Shown here: in pieces, positions 16,440-25,644 of the stretch
Numbering within the stretch: the first letter of the stretch is position 1
Layout: each line of letters begins with the position of its first letter
Source of the DNA: Deltaproteobacteria bacterium
GTDB taxonomy: Bacteria; Desulfobacterota; DSM-4660; Desulfatiglandales; Desulfatiglandaceae
Assembly (NCBI GenBank): GCA_037382425.1
Contig: JARRPY010000067.1
Location: forward strand, 1-29,101
Length of the DNA stretch: 29,101 nucleotides
Direction: 5' to 3'
The notes under the pieces: generated by a model
Database searches by the model: none
Told to the model about the DNA's origin: nothing
Seen by the model: the letters and a program-made list of their open reading frames with translations, nothing else
Program-made: the position numbers and the translations under genes

Positions 16440-17883
16440 GCCCATCCACCCCGCACAGGTTCAGGGCGCAGGACCTGGCGGATGCCAGATCGGCCAACCG
16501 GGTGATCATGATCTTTTGAGCCTGGGGTGACCCTGCGCCGTGAATGGACTCCGTCAGATAAGACACGGCACCGGTGCCGAGCACGATGTTTTCGATCAAA
16601 CGGAGGATCCGCATCCGCTGATCGCTGCTTACACCGCTTTTTCCCCCCATGTATTTTTGAATGTACGCCCCGATCTCCGGGTGGTTCTGATCATGGACAG
16701 AGGGCATGGTGACCAGGATGCCTCCGGCCAGATCCTGGGCCAGTCTGGATATCTCAAATGGGAACCGGGTGATGTTGAGTTTGCACACATTGGCCAATAG
16801 CTGATCCACCGAAAAGGACCCGCTCGGTGTCTTTGCACCCATGGCCGCGCTGGCCAGCGCCACCCCGTGAAGCGTCTCGTTTAAATGGATCATCTCGGCC
16901 ACTTTGTCTTTGAAGTGCGAAGACTTTTCCGTACCCTGTGCCTCTCCGACGGCCTGTGTCGCCCCGATCAACACATCGCCCACGCCCACCTTGCAACCGC
17001 CGTAGCTGGTTCGATGGTTGGCCGCAAAAAGCTCCACCAGCCGCCCGGCAAAGGGATATTCCCCCTTCATGAAAATCCGCTCTTCAGGAACGAATACATC
17101 ATCGAACACCACCAGGGCCTCACACCCGCCGAAATGGGGATTTCCCACATCGGAACGCCCCGTTTCCAGTCGCCGCGTGTCCGACGGCTGCCGTCCGTAG
17201 ACGAAGGTGACGCCCTTGGTGTCGGCGGGCACCGCAAAGGCGATGGCATAATTCTTGTCTTCGGGTCTCAAGGTTCGGGTGGGCATGACCAGCAGCTCGT
17301 GGGAATTCACCCCGCCCGTGATGTGCAGCTTGGCCCCTCTCACCTTCACACCGCCTTGGGCATCCGCCACCACATGAAGGTATTGATCCGTGTCCGCCTG
17401 TTGGGAAGGGGAGAGGCTCCGGTCCCCTTTGCTGTCCGTCATGCAGGCAGCGGGAACCAGATCATTTTGTTGAATATGTTTCAGGAATTCTTTGAATCTC
17501 TCGTGATAAGGGGTTTTGTATTCCCGATCGATATCATAGGTGATGGCATAGACCGCGTTAATGGCATCCATGCCGGCACATCTTTGAAAGCAGCAGGCGG
17601 TCTTGCGGCCCATCTCCCGAAGCATCACGACCTTGTCGATGATGTCCTGGGTGCTGTGCTGAATATGGGCGAATCGATTGATCCTATCACCGGTCAGGTG
17701 GGATTCGGCTGTAAACAGATCGGGGGCCTCTTGGGCCTGTTCATAGGTTTCGGCCATGGCCATGGCCCCGGGACGTGAAATGGGGTGATCCGGCACGCTC
17801 GGCACCGCTTCCCCCTGAATAAACACCCGATGCGCCAGATCCCTCAGACTCGATACATACGCTTCCTTGGTCATGAGTGGCAT
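16429..17883 (-). CDS. abfD: 4-hydroxybutyryl-CoA dehydratase / vinylacetyl-CoA isomerase
   Basis: CFQRCAGMD (CxxxC), MTDSKGDRS, GGCEAL, HRTSYGGCK (His and Cys Fe-S ligands, Tyr), ESIHGAGSPQAQ. GGAG RBS lies before ATG 17883. Confidence 0.88.
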   Translation of the reverse strand: MPLMTKEAYVSSLRDLAHRVFIQGEAVPSVPDHPISRPGAMAMAETYEQAQEAPDLFTAESHLTGDRINRFAHIQHSTQDIIDKVVMLREMGRKTACCFQRCAGMDAINAVYAITYDIDREYKTPYHERFKEFLKHIQQNDLVPAACMTDSKGDRSLSPSQQADTDQYLHVVADAQGGVKVRGAKLHITGGVNSHELLVMPTRTLRPEDKNYAIAFAVPADTKGVTFVYGRQPSDTRRLETGRSDVGNPHFGGCEALVVFDDVFVPEERIFMKGEYPFAGRLVELFAANHRTSYGGCKVGVGDVLIGATQAVGEAQGTEKSSHFKDKVAEMIHLNETLHGVALASAAMGAKTPSGSFSVDQLLANVCKLNITRFPFEISRLAQDLAGGILVTMPSVHDQNHPEIGAYIQKYMGGKSGVSSDQRMRILRLIENIVLGTGAVSYLTESIHGAGSPQAQKIMITRLADLASARSCALNLCGVDGLRP

Positions 17884-17994
17884 AACCTGCTCCATTAGTT
17901 ATTGATGGTGGCCATGTAAACGCTATCGAAGTCAGTTGATCATATTGCAGAAATGCACAAAAAGGCAAGGATAGAAATTTTGATCAATTTTTTC

Positions 17995-18023
17995 TTGACA
18001 CACAGGGCTCGGGGATATAGATT
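17995..18023 (+). promoter_or_regulatory. Sigma70 promoter of tetR
   Basis: TTGACA-N17-TAGATT. Confidence 0.7.
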
Positions 18024-18024
18024 C

Positions 18025-18042
18025 GGAGTGAATGATCACTCC
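18025..18042. promoter_or_regulatory. Palindromic operator 1 (GGAGTGA-ATGA-TCACTCC)
   Basis: Perfect 7-bp arms immediately downstream of the -10 box. A second copy lies at 18727. Confidence 0.75.
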
Positions 18043-18063
18043 TATTTCAGGAAAGGTGCCCGA

Positions 18064-18666
18064 ATGGCTGGAGGAAAACAACACTCGGATATACGGCGTG
18101 CCATTATCGAGGCCGCCCTGGATCTCATCGCCGAAAATGGATTTCATGGAACCCCGACCTCGAAAATCGCTCAAAAGGCCGGGGTGGGTATGGGAAGCAT
18201 TTACCGGTATTTCAAGGATAAGGAAGACTTGATTCATCACGTGTTTCAGCATGTGGTGGAGGAATCCAGTCGTAGGGTGCTCTCGGACCGCGATCTGGAT
18301 GCGCCCATCCGGGAACAATACCTAAAACTCGCGTTCAATACTTTCTATTTTTTGATTAACAACCCGAAAATACGAGCCTTTAATGAACAATACTTTAATT
18401 CCCCCTTCGGTATCTCGCGCAAGCGGGACATGTTGCTCATGGACAGGACCCAGGATGAACCCGGAAGTGCGACGTTTGCTCACGATCTGCTTCAATCGGC
18501 TCGTGATCAACAGATTGTCAAGGATTTGCCCCTGGGGATTTTGCTGGCACTGACCTTTGCGCCCATCGTCTTCATCGCGCGGGATGTTTGTACCGGGGTG
18601 TTGAAAGTCGATGAGGACACGGTTCAAAGGACGATTGAGGCCTGCTGGGATGCAGTAAAACGATAG
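18064..18666 (+). CDS. TetR/AcrR family transcriptional regulator
   Basis: AIIEAALDLIAENGFHGTPTSKIAQKAGVGMGSIYRYFKDKEDL helix-turn-helix. AGGAAAGG RBS before ATG 18064. Confidence 0.93.
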   Translation: MAGGKQHSDIRRAIIEAALDLIAENGFHGTPTSKIAQKAGVGMGSIYRYFKDKEDLIHHVFQHVVEESSRRVLSDRDLDAPIREQYLKLAFNTFYFLINNPKIRAFNEQYFNSPFGISRKRDMLLMDRTQDEPGSATFAHDLLQSARDQQIVKDLPLGILLALTFAPIVFIARDVCTGVLKVDEDTVQRTIEACWDAVKR

Positions 18667-18726
18667 AATAAAGGGTGCATCAACGGAGTTAATGGGGCGG
18701 GGCACCTTGTATTTTTCTTTGAAAAA

Positions 18727-18744
18727 GGAGTGAATAGTCACTCC
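18727..18744. promoter_or_regulatory. Palindromic operator 2 (GGAGTGA-ATAG-TCACTCC)
   Basis: Same arms and spacing as 18025-18042, 40 nt upstream of the next ATG. Confidence 0.75.
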
Positions 18745-18784
18745 GATTAAGCAGGATAACCCCGAAGCTGAAGGAGATAAGATC

Positions 18785-20022
18785 ATGGATACCCGTAATT
18801 TTCTCTACATTCGATTGACGACCTCATTGGTGCTCGGCGCATTGATCTGTATCGCCTCTCCAGCCTATGCAGCCGCATACGACCCATCGGACGAAAATGG
18901 CGTGGAGGTGCTTTCTGCCGGACCGGTCCACGAGGCATTTGCGGAAATGGTCGCTTTTGATCCTGAACCGGGGATTACCGTGCGGGCGATTCCGCCGGGT
19001 CGAAAGTGGGTTCCCGGTTATTGGTCTCAAACCGATACGGGCGTTCAGTGGATCTCGGGCTACTGGGGCCTCGATAATGAGGTGTCCACAAAATACCTTC
19101 CCGGACCACCCGCGTCATTGGAGGTGGGACCGAATGTGCCCGCACCGTCATCAGCGTATGGATGGGTTCCCGGGTGCTGGATATGGATCAACAGTGGATA
19201 TGTCTGGCGGCCCGGTTATTGGACACGGATGCGACCCGACTGGGTATGGGTTCCCGCTCACTATGTATGGCGACCCCTAGGGGTTGTATTCATCAGCGGG
19301 TATTGGGATTTTGCCGTTTCTCACCGGGGCATCCTATTCGCACCGGTTTTCTTCCCCTACAGGGTGACGGTCGTTTCTCACCGCCTTTTTACGCCGTCAT
19401 ATGTCATTGATCTGACGATTTTTTCCGACCTCATCTTTTGGCGGCCGCGATACCATCACTACTACTTTGGCGACTATTATGCATCCAAGTATTACAGGAG
19501 GGGAATTTATCCATGGTGTTCTTTTCACGCGAAACGCCACGGGTACAATCCGATTTATGCCCATGAACGGTGGGTGCATCGTCTCGACCGGAATTGGGAG
19601 CATCGAATACAGGCGAAATATGATCGACGTCCATCGATTCCATGTACAAAAAAGAAGGGAGCGTAATTGAAAGACGAAAACAGTTGAAGCCTCGGCAGTG
19701 GGCGGAACCGGCCGAGAAATCACGCATGGAAAATGAGACACACGGGAGGACATACGTCCCCTCGACCGTGATGTCAAAACCCGCCGGTCAAGTAAACCGG
19801 AAACGGGTGACCATCAGACGTTCTGCAAGTTCCCGAAGAGAACCGGCAGCCGGCACCGTGAGAAAACGCTCCACCGATTCCATAAATAGACGGCGAATCG
19901 AACAAGACAGGGAAAGGGCGCAGAAAGGGACCCGCCGGGATCAGATATCCCGGCCCACACGAGCGGGTTCATCGGGCCGTCAGGCGGAGAATCAGGCCAG
20001 TCCAAGAAGAGGCCACTTTTGA
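18785..20022 (+). pseudogene. WxxGxW (YXWGXW) repeat exported protein, split into 18785-19666 and an Arg-rich tail 19642-20022
   Basis: Signal peptide (..SPAYA), GPVHEAFA, repeated WVPGYW / WISGYW / WVPGCW / WRPGYW / WVPAHY / ISGYW. The overlapping second ORF looks like the low-complexity tail in a shifted frame. Confidence 0.65.
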
Positions 20023-20143
20023 TTCCCGAGAGGGCCGCGCTTGTTTGCGATGACGGGTGTCGCACCGGTAAAAGGATCGTCTCCTAAATTAAGCATCCCA
20101 TTGAAAATACTGTAGTTTTCTGCAACCAGTCGCGCCAAGAACG

Positions 20144-20172
20144 TTGACTTTGTCCGGAGGGATGTATAGAGT
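20144..20172 (+). promoter_or_regulatory. Candidate sigma70 promoter
   Basis: TTGACT-N17-TAGAGT upstream of 20242. Confidence 0.5.
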
Positions 20173-20241
20173 CTGGGGGAACGAAAAGAGATCGGGAAAC
20201 AGTATGCACTTATTTTCAGGACAAAGAAAGGAGATAAGCGG

Positions 20242-20742
20242 ATGTTGAAAAAGGCGTTTGTGTTCATGATGATGATGGGATGTATAGGCGGATTGAGCGT
20301 GGCCCATGCGGAAGATTTGAAGATCAACAAGTACTATTTTGTTTGGTATGCGGTTCAGGTAGGGGATGTCCACATGGATATCGAAAAGAGTCAGGATGGG
20401 TTGAAAGTGGTCTTGAGCAGCCCGGGCGGCGCATTGGCCCGTATATCGCCCACTCCCGCCAAAGCGGCTGAAATTGGGAAAACCTTAAAAGACACGTGTC
20501 CGCATTATTACGAGCAGCAAATGAAAAAGCAGGACTATAACGCCGAGGACATGGTCCCGGTTGGAGGATATAAGATTTACTACAGATCCTCACGGGGACA
20601 GAAGTTTGAAGTGAGCGTGAGGGCACCGGGTGTGATCAGCGCTGCTGTGATCATGACCAAAAAAGAGGCCCTGGAGATGGCAGAACATCTCCTCAAGGCC
20701 GAGAAAATGGCCACCCTGGTGGATGAGCGCATCACGCCTTGA
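20242..20742 (+). CDS. Hypothetical exported protein with a two-fold internal repeat
   Basis: AAGGAG RBS, signal peptide ending VAHA, no recognised family. Confidence 0.7.
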   Translation: MLKKAFVFMMMMGCIGGLSVAHAEDLKINKYYFVWYAVQVGDVHMDIEKSQDGLKVVLSSPGGALARISPTPAKAAEIGKTLKDTCPHYYEQQMKKQDYNAEDMVPVGGYKIYYRSSRGQKFEVSVRAPGVISAAVIMTKKEALEMAEHLLKAEKMATLVDERITP

Positions 20743-20900
20743 GCACCTTTTCCTAGACGCGAGGTATGTCTCCCGGACGTGTCCTCTAAGCGGCATGAAG
20801 CGTTCTTGAAAAATGTCACAGGGCACGCCCCGTGCGTGCGGCTGGGTTAACCCAACTGCTCCTATTGTCCGAGAGAGAATCTATTATCCCGGAGGAGAAG

Positions 20901-21449
20901 ATGGACCATTCTGATCTTGAGCGATATTGTCATCGGGCCCTAGATGGAGGGGCTTCCCATGTACAACCGATTTCTCCTTCCACAGTGGTCACGGCGCAGT
21001 GGGTCCGGATGAAATGCCAGTTCGGCTGTGCGGGATACGGCAGGCGATACGGCTGTCCACCGGATACACCGACCCCGGCGCAGACCCAGGCAGTCATCGA
21101 CTGTTATCATCGGGCGATCCTTTTTCATCTGGAAGCCCCGCACATCGAGGGTGAGTCGAGACGCAAACGCCGAAACCAATATTACGACATGCTGATAGCG
21201 CTTGAGGCAGAACTCTTCAAGGATGGGTATTATAAGGCCTTCGTCTTTCTCGCAGGCCCGTGTCACCTGTGCCGGGAGTGCGCAAAGATGAAGGGTGAAC
21301 CCTGCAAATTCGGATACAAATCCAGACCCTCCATGGAAGCCTGCGGTATCGATGTGTACCAGACCGTCAGAAACAACGGCTTCTTCATCCACCCCCTGAG
21401 AGAAAAGGAAGAGATCCAGAATATCTACTCTCTGATGCTGGTGGATTAA
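20901..21449 (+). CDS. DUF2284 Cys-rich predicted metal-binding protein
   Basis: KCQFGC..YG..CPP, GPCHLCREC..C..RPSMEACGIDV; GGAG RBS before ATG 20901. Confidence 0.85.
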   Translation: MDHSDLERYCHRALDGGASHVQPISPSTVVTAQWVRMKCQFGCAGYGRRYGCPPDTPTPAQTQAVIDCYHRAILFHLEAPHIEGESRRKRRNQYYDMLIALEAELFKDGYYKAFVFLAGPCHLCRECAKMKGEPCKFGYKSRPSMEACGIDVYQTVRNNGFFIHPLREKEEIQNIYSLMLVD

Positions 21450-21541
21450 GAGGCGTGATGGGTCAAAAGGGTTCAATTTCAGCATCAGCCGTCACTTGGA
21501 TTAGGGAGTTGCCGTTGATCGCATTTCCGAAAGACGTCCCC

Positions 21542-22282
21542 ATGGTGCGGTACCTATCCTTGTTTTGCCTGATCGCCCTGTGCGCCTGCGGCCTTAAACC
21601 CGCCGCTCCGCCATTACCCCCTTACGCGGAGACGTCTCCTGTACGATATGTCATTCAGGCGGGGGCATTTTCCAGTGTCGAAAATGCCATACGCATGACC
21701 CGTTCGCTCAAAGCGCACGGCCTTGACGCCTACTACTATCGGGAGCCCTCCGGGTTTTATAGGGTGCGTTTCGGCGATTTTGCATCACGTGAGGAAGCGA
21801 TTGACCGGGCCCGATCCCTTCTAAAGGATGGCATCATTGACGCCTATTATGTCGTCTCACCGGATGCCTATGCAGCGGCCCGAACCGGGTCTCTGGATAC
21901 ATCCCGTTTGCGGGCAGATATTGTGGATACGGCCGAACGCTTTATCGGCGTCCCTTATCAGTGGGGCGGGATATCTCAAGATGAGGGATTTGACTGCAGC
22001 GGATTGGTTATGGCTGTTTATCGACTCAACGGCCTCAATCTCCCCCGTTCCTCCAAAGACCAGTATGCCTCCGGAAAGCCGGTGGACCGAAGCGCGTTGA
22101 AGAAAGGCGATCTCGTGTTTTTTTCGTTTGCCCGGGGCCGCAAGGTCTCTCACGTGGGCATATACACAGGGGCGAATCGTTTTATCCATGCGCCGGGGGA
22201 GGGAAAAGTCATCCGAAAAGACGCCCTTTCCAATCCCTCTTTTCAGGCGCGATTTGTGGGTGCCCGCGCCTATCTCAGATAG
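21542..22282 (+). CDS. SPOR + NlpC/P60 lipoprotein (peptidoglycan endopeptidase)
   Basis: Lipobox LCAC; SPOR YVIQAGAFSSVENA..YRVRFG; NlpC/P60 PYQWGG..FDCSG..HVGIY..FIHA. Confidence 0.9.
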   Translation: MVRYLSLFCLIALCACGLKPAAPPLPPYAETSPVRYVIQAGAFSSVENAIRMTRSLKAHGLDAYYYREPSGFYRVRFGDFASREEAIDRARSLLKDGIIDAYYVVSPDAYAAARTGSLDTSRLRADIVDTAERFIGVPYQWGGISQDEGFDCSGLVMAVYRLNGLNLPRSSKDQYASGKPVDRSALKKGDLVFFSFARGRKVSHVGIYTGANRFIHAPGEGKVIRKDALSNPSFQARFVGARAYLR

Positions 22283-22345
22283 TCTCCGACACCCTGCTCC
22301 CCTCAATAATTTCCCCGGATAGATTATCCACCACCGGCGATTTAT

Positions 22346-23041
22346 TCATTGAACCGGGAAATCAAAATAGGTGTGGGGATGGGGCTCGTCCTTCAAAGTG
22401 AAATGCCACCATTCCTGCGTGTAAGGCATAAACCCGTGCCCCATCATGAGGCGTTGCAGCAGCATGCGGTGGGCTCTTGAAGCCGCCCCCACGGACAAGT
22501 CGGACGGCCATGATACGGGTCCGAAAAAGTCGAACCCCGAGCCCATATCCAGTTCCTTTGGTTTGCCTTGGGAACAGATATCCACGAGGGTGAGATCAAC
22601 CGTACTGCCTCGGGAGTGGCTGGATTTGTGGGCAATGTATTTTTTCTTGAACAGGTCCTTTTTATCCACATTCGGGTAGTATATCGCCTTCATTTTCGTA
22701 TCTGAAAGGTCCTTGGCCCACCGGACAAAATGATCCACCGCCCGCTGGGGTCGGTAGGCGTCGAACACTTTAAGCCCCAGGCCGAAGGCTTTGAGATCCA
22801 ACTGAACCTTTTTCAATGCATTTGCCGCCTGTTTTGTGAGGATGCACCGGGGTGACAGGTATCCGTCTATGGGTCGGCCCACAAAATTATTTTGGGTCCC
22901 ATACCTCAAATCGACCACTATATCAGTGATGACCGTGTCCACATAAACAAACCCATCCGGCAGATCCCGGGCCGTGGCCACGGTGGTGAAGAGGAAAAGA
23001 GCGATAAAGAACACCGCCGTCAGTGTGATGTTTTCTCTCAT
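22346..23041 (-). CDS. ddpX: D-alanyl-D-alanine dipeptidase (VanX/DdpX, M15D) with signal peptide
   Basis: DAYRP, SSHSRGSTVD (SxHxxGxxxD), DMGSGFDFF, EWWHF. Confidence 0.88.
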   Translation of the reverse strand: MRENITLTAVFFIALFLFTTVATARDLPDGFVYVDTVITDIVVDLRYGTQNNFVGRPIDGYLSPRCILTKQAANALKKVQLDLKAFGLGLKVFDAYRPQRAVDHFVRWAKDLSDTKMKAIYYPNVDKKDLFKKKYIAHKSSHSRGSTVDLTLVDICSQGKPKELDMGSGFDFFGPVSWPSDLSVGAASRAHRMLLQRLMMGHGFMPYTQEWWHFTLKDEPHPHTYFDFPVQ

Positions 23042-23076
23042 GTGCAAAGGATTTCCTTGGCCTGACAATGAGGACC

Positions 23077-23514
23077 TCATCTTTCTTTAACCTCCCCTCG
23101 CAGTGTTTCATAAAAGAAATCAGGATAAAATTCCTCATATTGCGCCTCATTAAAATAGAGGTAGATTCGGATGTCTAGGCAGAGATGGCAGGGAGACACA
23201 TATCCTTCCCCGCGAGGCGAATATCCCGCACCCAGAGCGTGTTCATAAAGCCCCTTCACTCCATGACTGACCAGGAGAGCCAAGATGGGAAAGCGGCTGA
23301 GGCGGACCCCTTCCTGGTAGAGGTGGGCCAGCGAAAACCCTTCGGCATCCCCCAGGCGCAGACCGCTGCAAAATCCGGTCAGGTAATTGCCTTTAAAGTC
23401 CACATGGGCGTGGATAGGCGAGGCAAGTGCCCCTGCGCAATCGTGATGAGGAAGTGCTTCAGCCGGTCGGCAGGGGAGGTGGTCGGCCAGGAAATAGGCG
23501 GCGCGGAACTTCAC
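23077..23514 (-). pseudogene. Probable C-terminal fragment of a radical SAM protein
   Basis: HAHVDFKGNYLTGFCSG and CHLCLDIR resemble radical SAM C-terminal regions. There is no CxxxCxxC motif and no RBS, and the frame is closed by a TGA inside the HAD gene about 20 codons upstream. Confidence 0.5.
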
Positions 23515-24290
23515 CCACCGGGACTGGCCGATTCCATGAGTGGCTCTTGAAGGTAACGAAACAGGTCATCCCAGTTCGAAATTCTCGGGATGTCTTTTCC
23601 CGGCAACTCGGCGGGGTCCGGCATCAACCCGGGCACCACGGGAATTCCGTTGTCCCTCACATAGGTCATCCAGACCGGCTGTATGCCCGCCTCAGCGGCC
23701 CCCGCAATATCGGAATCCGGGTCGTCGCCCACATAGATCATCCGGGATTTCTCAACCCCCAGTGCGTCCGCCAGTTGGTCGAAGATCGTCGGGTTGGGCT
23801 TGCGCACCCCCACTTCTCCAGATATGATCACCGCTTCAACGAAAGGCCGGAGCCCCAGGTATTCGATGAGGCCTTCGGCCGCAGGGGCGTGGGTGAAGTT
23901 GGAGAGGAGACCGAGCCGATAGGGCCCCGACAATGTGTCCAGCATGCGACGGGTGCCGGGGATGAGCCGACAATAGTCAAAAAAGGCCGAAAAATAGGCA
24001 TCCACTGTCCGGGAGATCCTTGGGTCGTCCGCTTGGACGGGATATCCTAAGTTTTGGAGGGCGGCGCTGATCCAGAGGCTGTTGTGGGTTTCTCTGCCCA
24101 GCTTTCTGGCCGACTTGATGAAGTGTAGGGCCGCTTCCCGGTAGGCCTGGCCGAAGGCGTTCACATCAAATTTAAAGCCGTTCTTGCGGAGGCTGCCCAT
24201 CAGCCGTGCCGAGGCCTCCTCGAGTGCCCCGTCTTGTGCAAAGATCAATGTATTAAACAGGTCGAATCCGATGGCGTCTATGTGTTCCAT
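23511..24290 (-). CDS. HAD family hydrolase
   Basis: Motif I FDLFNTL, motif II LSN, motif III RKP..IF, motif IV VGDDPDSDIAGA. Start is 24290 or 24302. Confidence 0.9.
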   Translation of the reverse strand: MEHIDAIGFDLFNTLIFAQDGALEEASARLMGSLRKNGFKFDVNAFGQAYREAALHFIKSARKLGRETHNSLWISAALQNLGYPVQADDPRISRTVDAYFSAFFDYCRLIPGTRRMLDTLSGPYRLGLLSNFTHAPAAEGLIEYLGLRPFVEAVIISGEVGVRKPNPTIFDQLADALGVEKSRMIYVGDDPDSDIAGAAEAGIQPVWMTYVRDNGIPVVPGLMPDPAELPGKDIPRISNWDDLFRYLQEPLMESASPGG

Positions 24291-24335
24291 GACGCCCTTC
24301 ATTAATCGAACATGGGCCATAAGGCAAGGGGTTAC

Positions 24336-25202
24336 CTACAGCTTCAGTTCCTTAAGCCCGGTTTTTTCACTCAGGTATTGATCAAATTCTTCGTCATCCA
24401 GCCGAGCCCGTTGTTCCAGGAATTCATCGGAGAACAGACCGGCCTGATAAACGGGTTTTGGCGATGCCGAGACCACGGCGTCTACGATCAAGCCGGCGAT
24501 GAGATCGGGGCCGGGTATGGTGACCCCTGCGAACATGCCGCCGATCCCTTTTCCGGACGTTTCATATACCGGCTTGTAGTCCGGATCGGTCCGCGCCATG
24601 AGATCACCGGTGAGCGCATTCGCCACATCGTTGAATTCGGTGGCAATAAACCCGGGACGAATGGCTACCACCCGAATACCGAAGGGTCGCACTTCTACAC
24701 GCAGCGCGTCGGTAACGGCTTCCACCGCATGCTTGGTTGCCGCATAGGGACCGCTCGCGGGAAAGGCGAATTTGCCGGCCATGGAACTGACGTTCACCAC
24801 GGTTCCTTGTCGTTGGCGGCGCATTCCCGGTAGACAGGCCTGGGTTACCCGCATGAGGCTGAACAGATTGACCTGAAACATTCTCTTGACGGCCTCCATC
24901 TGTACGTCTTCCAACACGCCCCGTATGCTGTACCCGGCATTGTTGACCAGCACGGAAATGGGATCCGGACGGGCTGAAATGTCGTCGCAGAATCGTTCCG
25001 TGTCCTCCGGGTCGGAGAGATCGACCCCCATGGGCGTCAGGCCTTCCACACGATCCGCCAGGTCGTTGAGCCGCTCCGTGCGTCTTGCGGCAATGATGAC
25101 CTGAAAGCCTTTTTCTGCCAACAGGATGGCCGTTTCCCTCCCGATGCCGCTGCTTGCCCCGGTGACCAGGGCGGTGTGTTTTCCATTTTGTGCCTTTTCC
25201 AT
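24336..25202 (-). CDS. Short-chain dehydrogenase/reductase
   Basis: TGASSGIG, NNAG, VNVSS, YAATK. Confidence 0.94.
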   Translation of the reverse strand: MEKAQNGKHTALVTGASSGIGRETAILLAEKGFQVIIAARRTERLNDLADRVEGLTPMGVDLSDPEDTERFCDDISARPDPISVLVNNAGYSIRGVLEDVQMEAVKRMFQVNLFSLMRVTQACLPGMRRQRQGTVVNVSSMAGKFAFPASGPYAATKHAVEAVTDALRVEVRPFGIRVVAIRPGFIATEFNDVANALTGDLMARTDPDYKPVYETSGKGIGGMFAGVTIPGPDLIAGLIVDAVVSASPKPVYQAGLFSDEFLEQRARLDDEEFDQYLSEKTGLKELKL

Positions 25203-25355
25203 ATTACCTTTTCCTCCTGTTCCTTTAATATGTTACTAAATTGGATGAATAAATAAATTAAACCATTCGATATAATTAGGTATATAATCGCCATTCGCTG
25301 ATTTAAACTCAATGTCATCAGCTTAAGGCGTGATGGGTTTATCCCAACAGGCAAA

Positions 25356-25427
25356 CGTCATTCCGGGCCTGACCCGGAATCCACGCTTTTGAAATACTCG
25401 TGGACCCCGGCTTTCGCCGGGGTGACG
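25356..25427. repeat. REP/RPE-like double-hairpin palindromic element
   Basis: CGTCA TTCCGGG-CCTGA-CCCGGAA TCCA ... TGGA CCCCGGC-TTTC-GCCGGGG TGACG, with inverted ends CGTCA/TGACG. Confidence 0.8.
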
Positions 25428-25644
25428 AAATGAATTAATGGAATTTTGCCTAAGTTAACGGCGTCGGATTTAACTTGCGCTACGAGCAGACCATAAATCG
25501 GCCCAATCGCCGGGCAAACGCGGCGACCCATTGGGTCCCTGAATCTTGGCCCCCTCCATGGGGCGCAGTATAACACATGACCTATGGAAGGCCGAAGGAT
25601 TATTGATGGCTTGTGCCACCATCGGCGGAATCAAGGAATTCCCT

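Noticed and set aside
10106-17778. Long opposite-strand ORFs (10106-10903, 11000-11776, 13951-14895, 16885-17778 and similar)
   Set aside because: Shadow ORFs of well-supported GC-rich genes, with no motifs or RBS.
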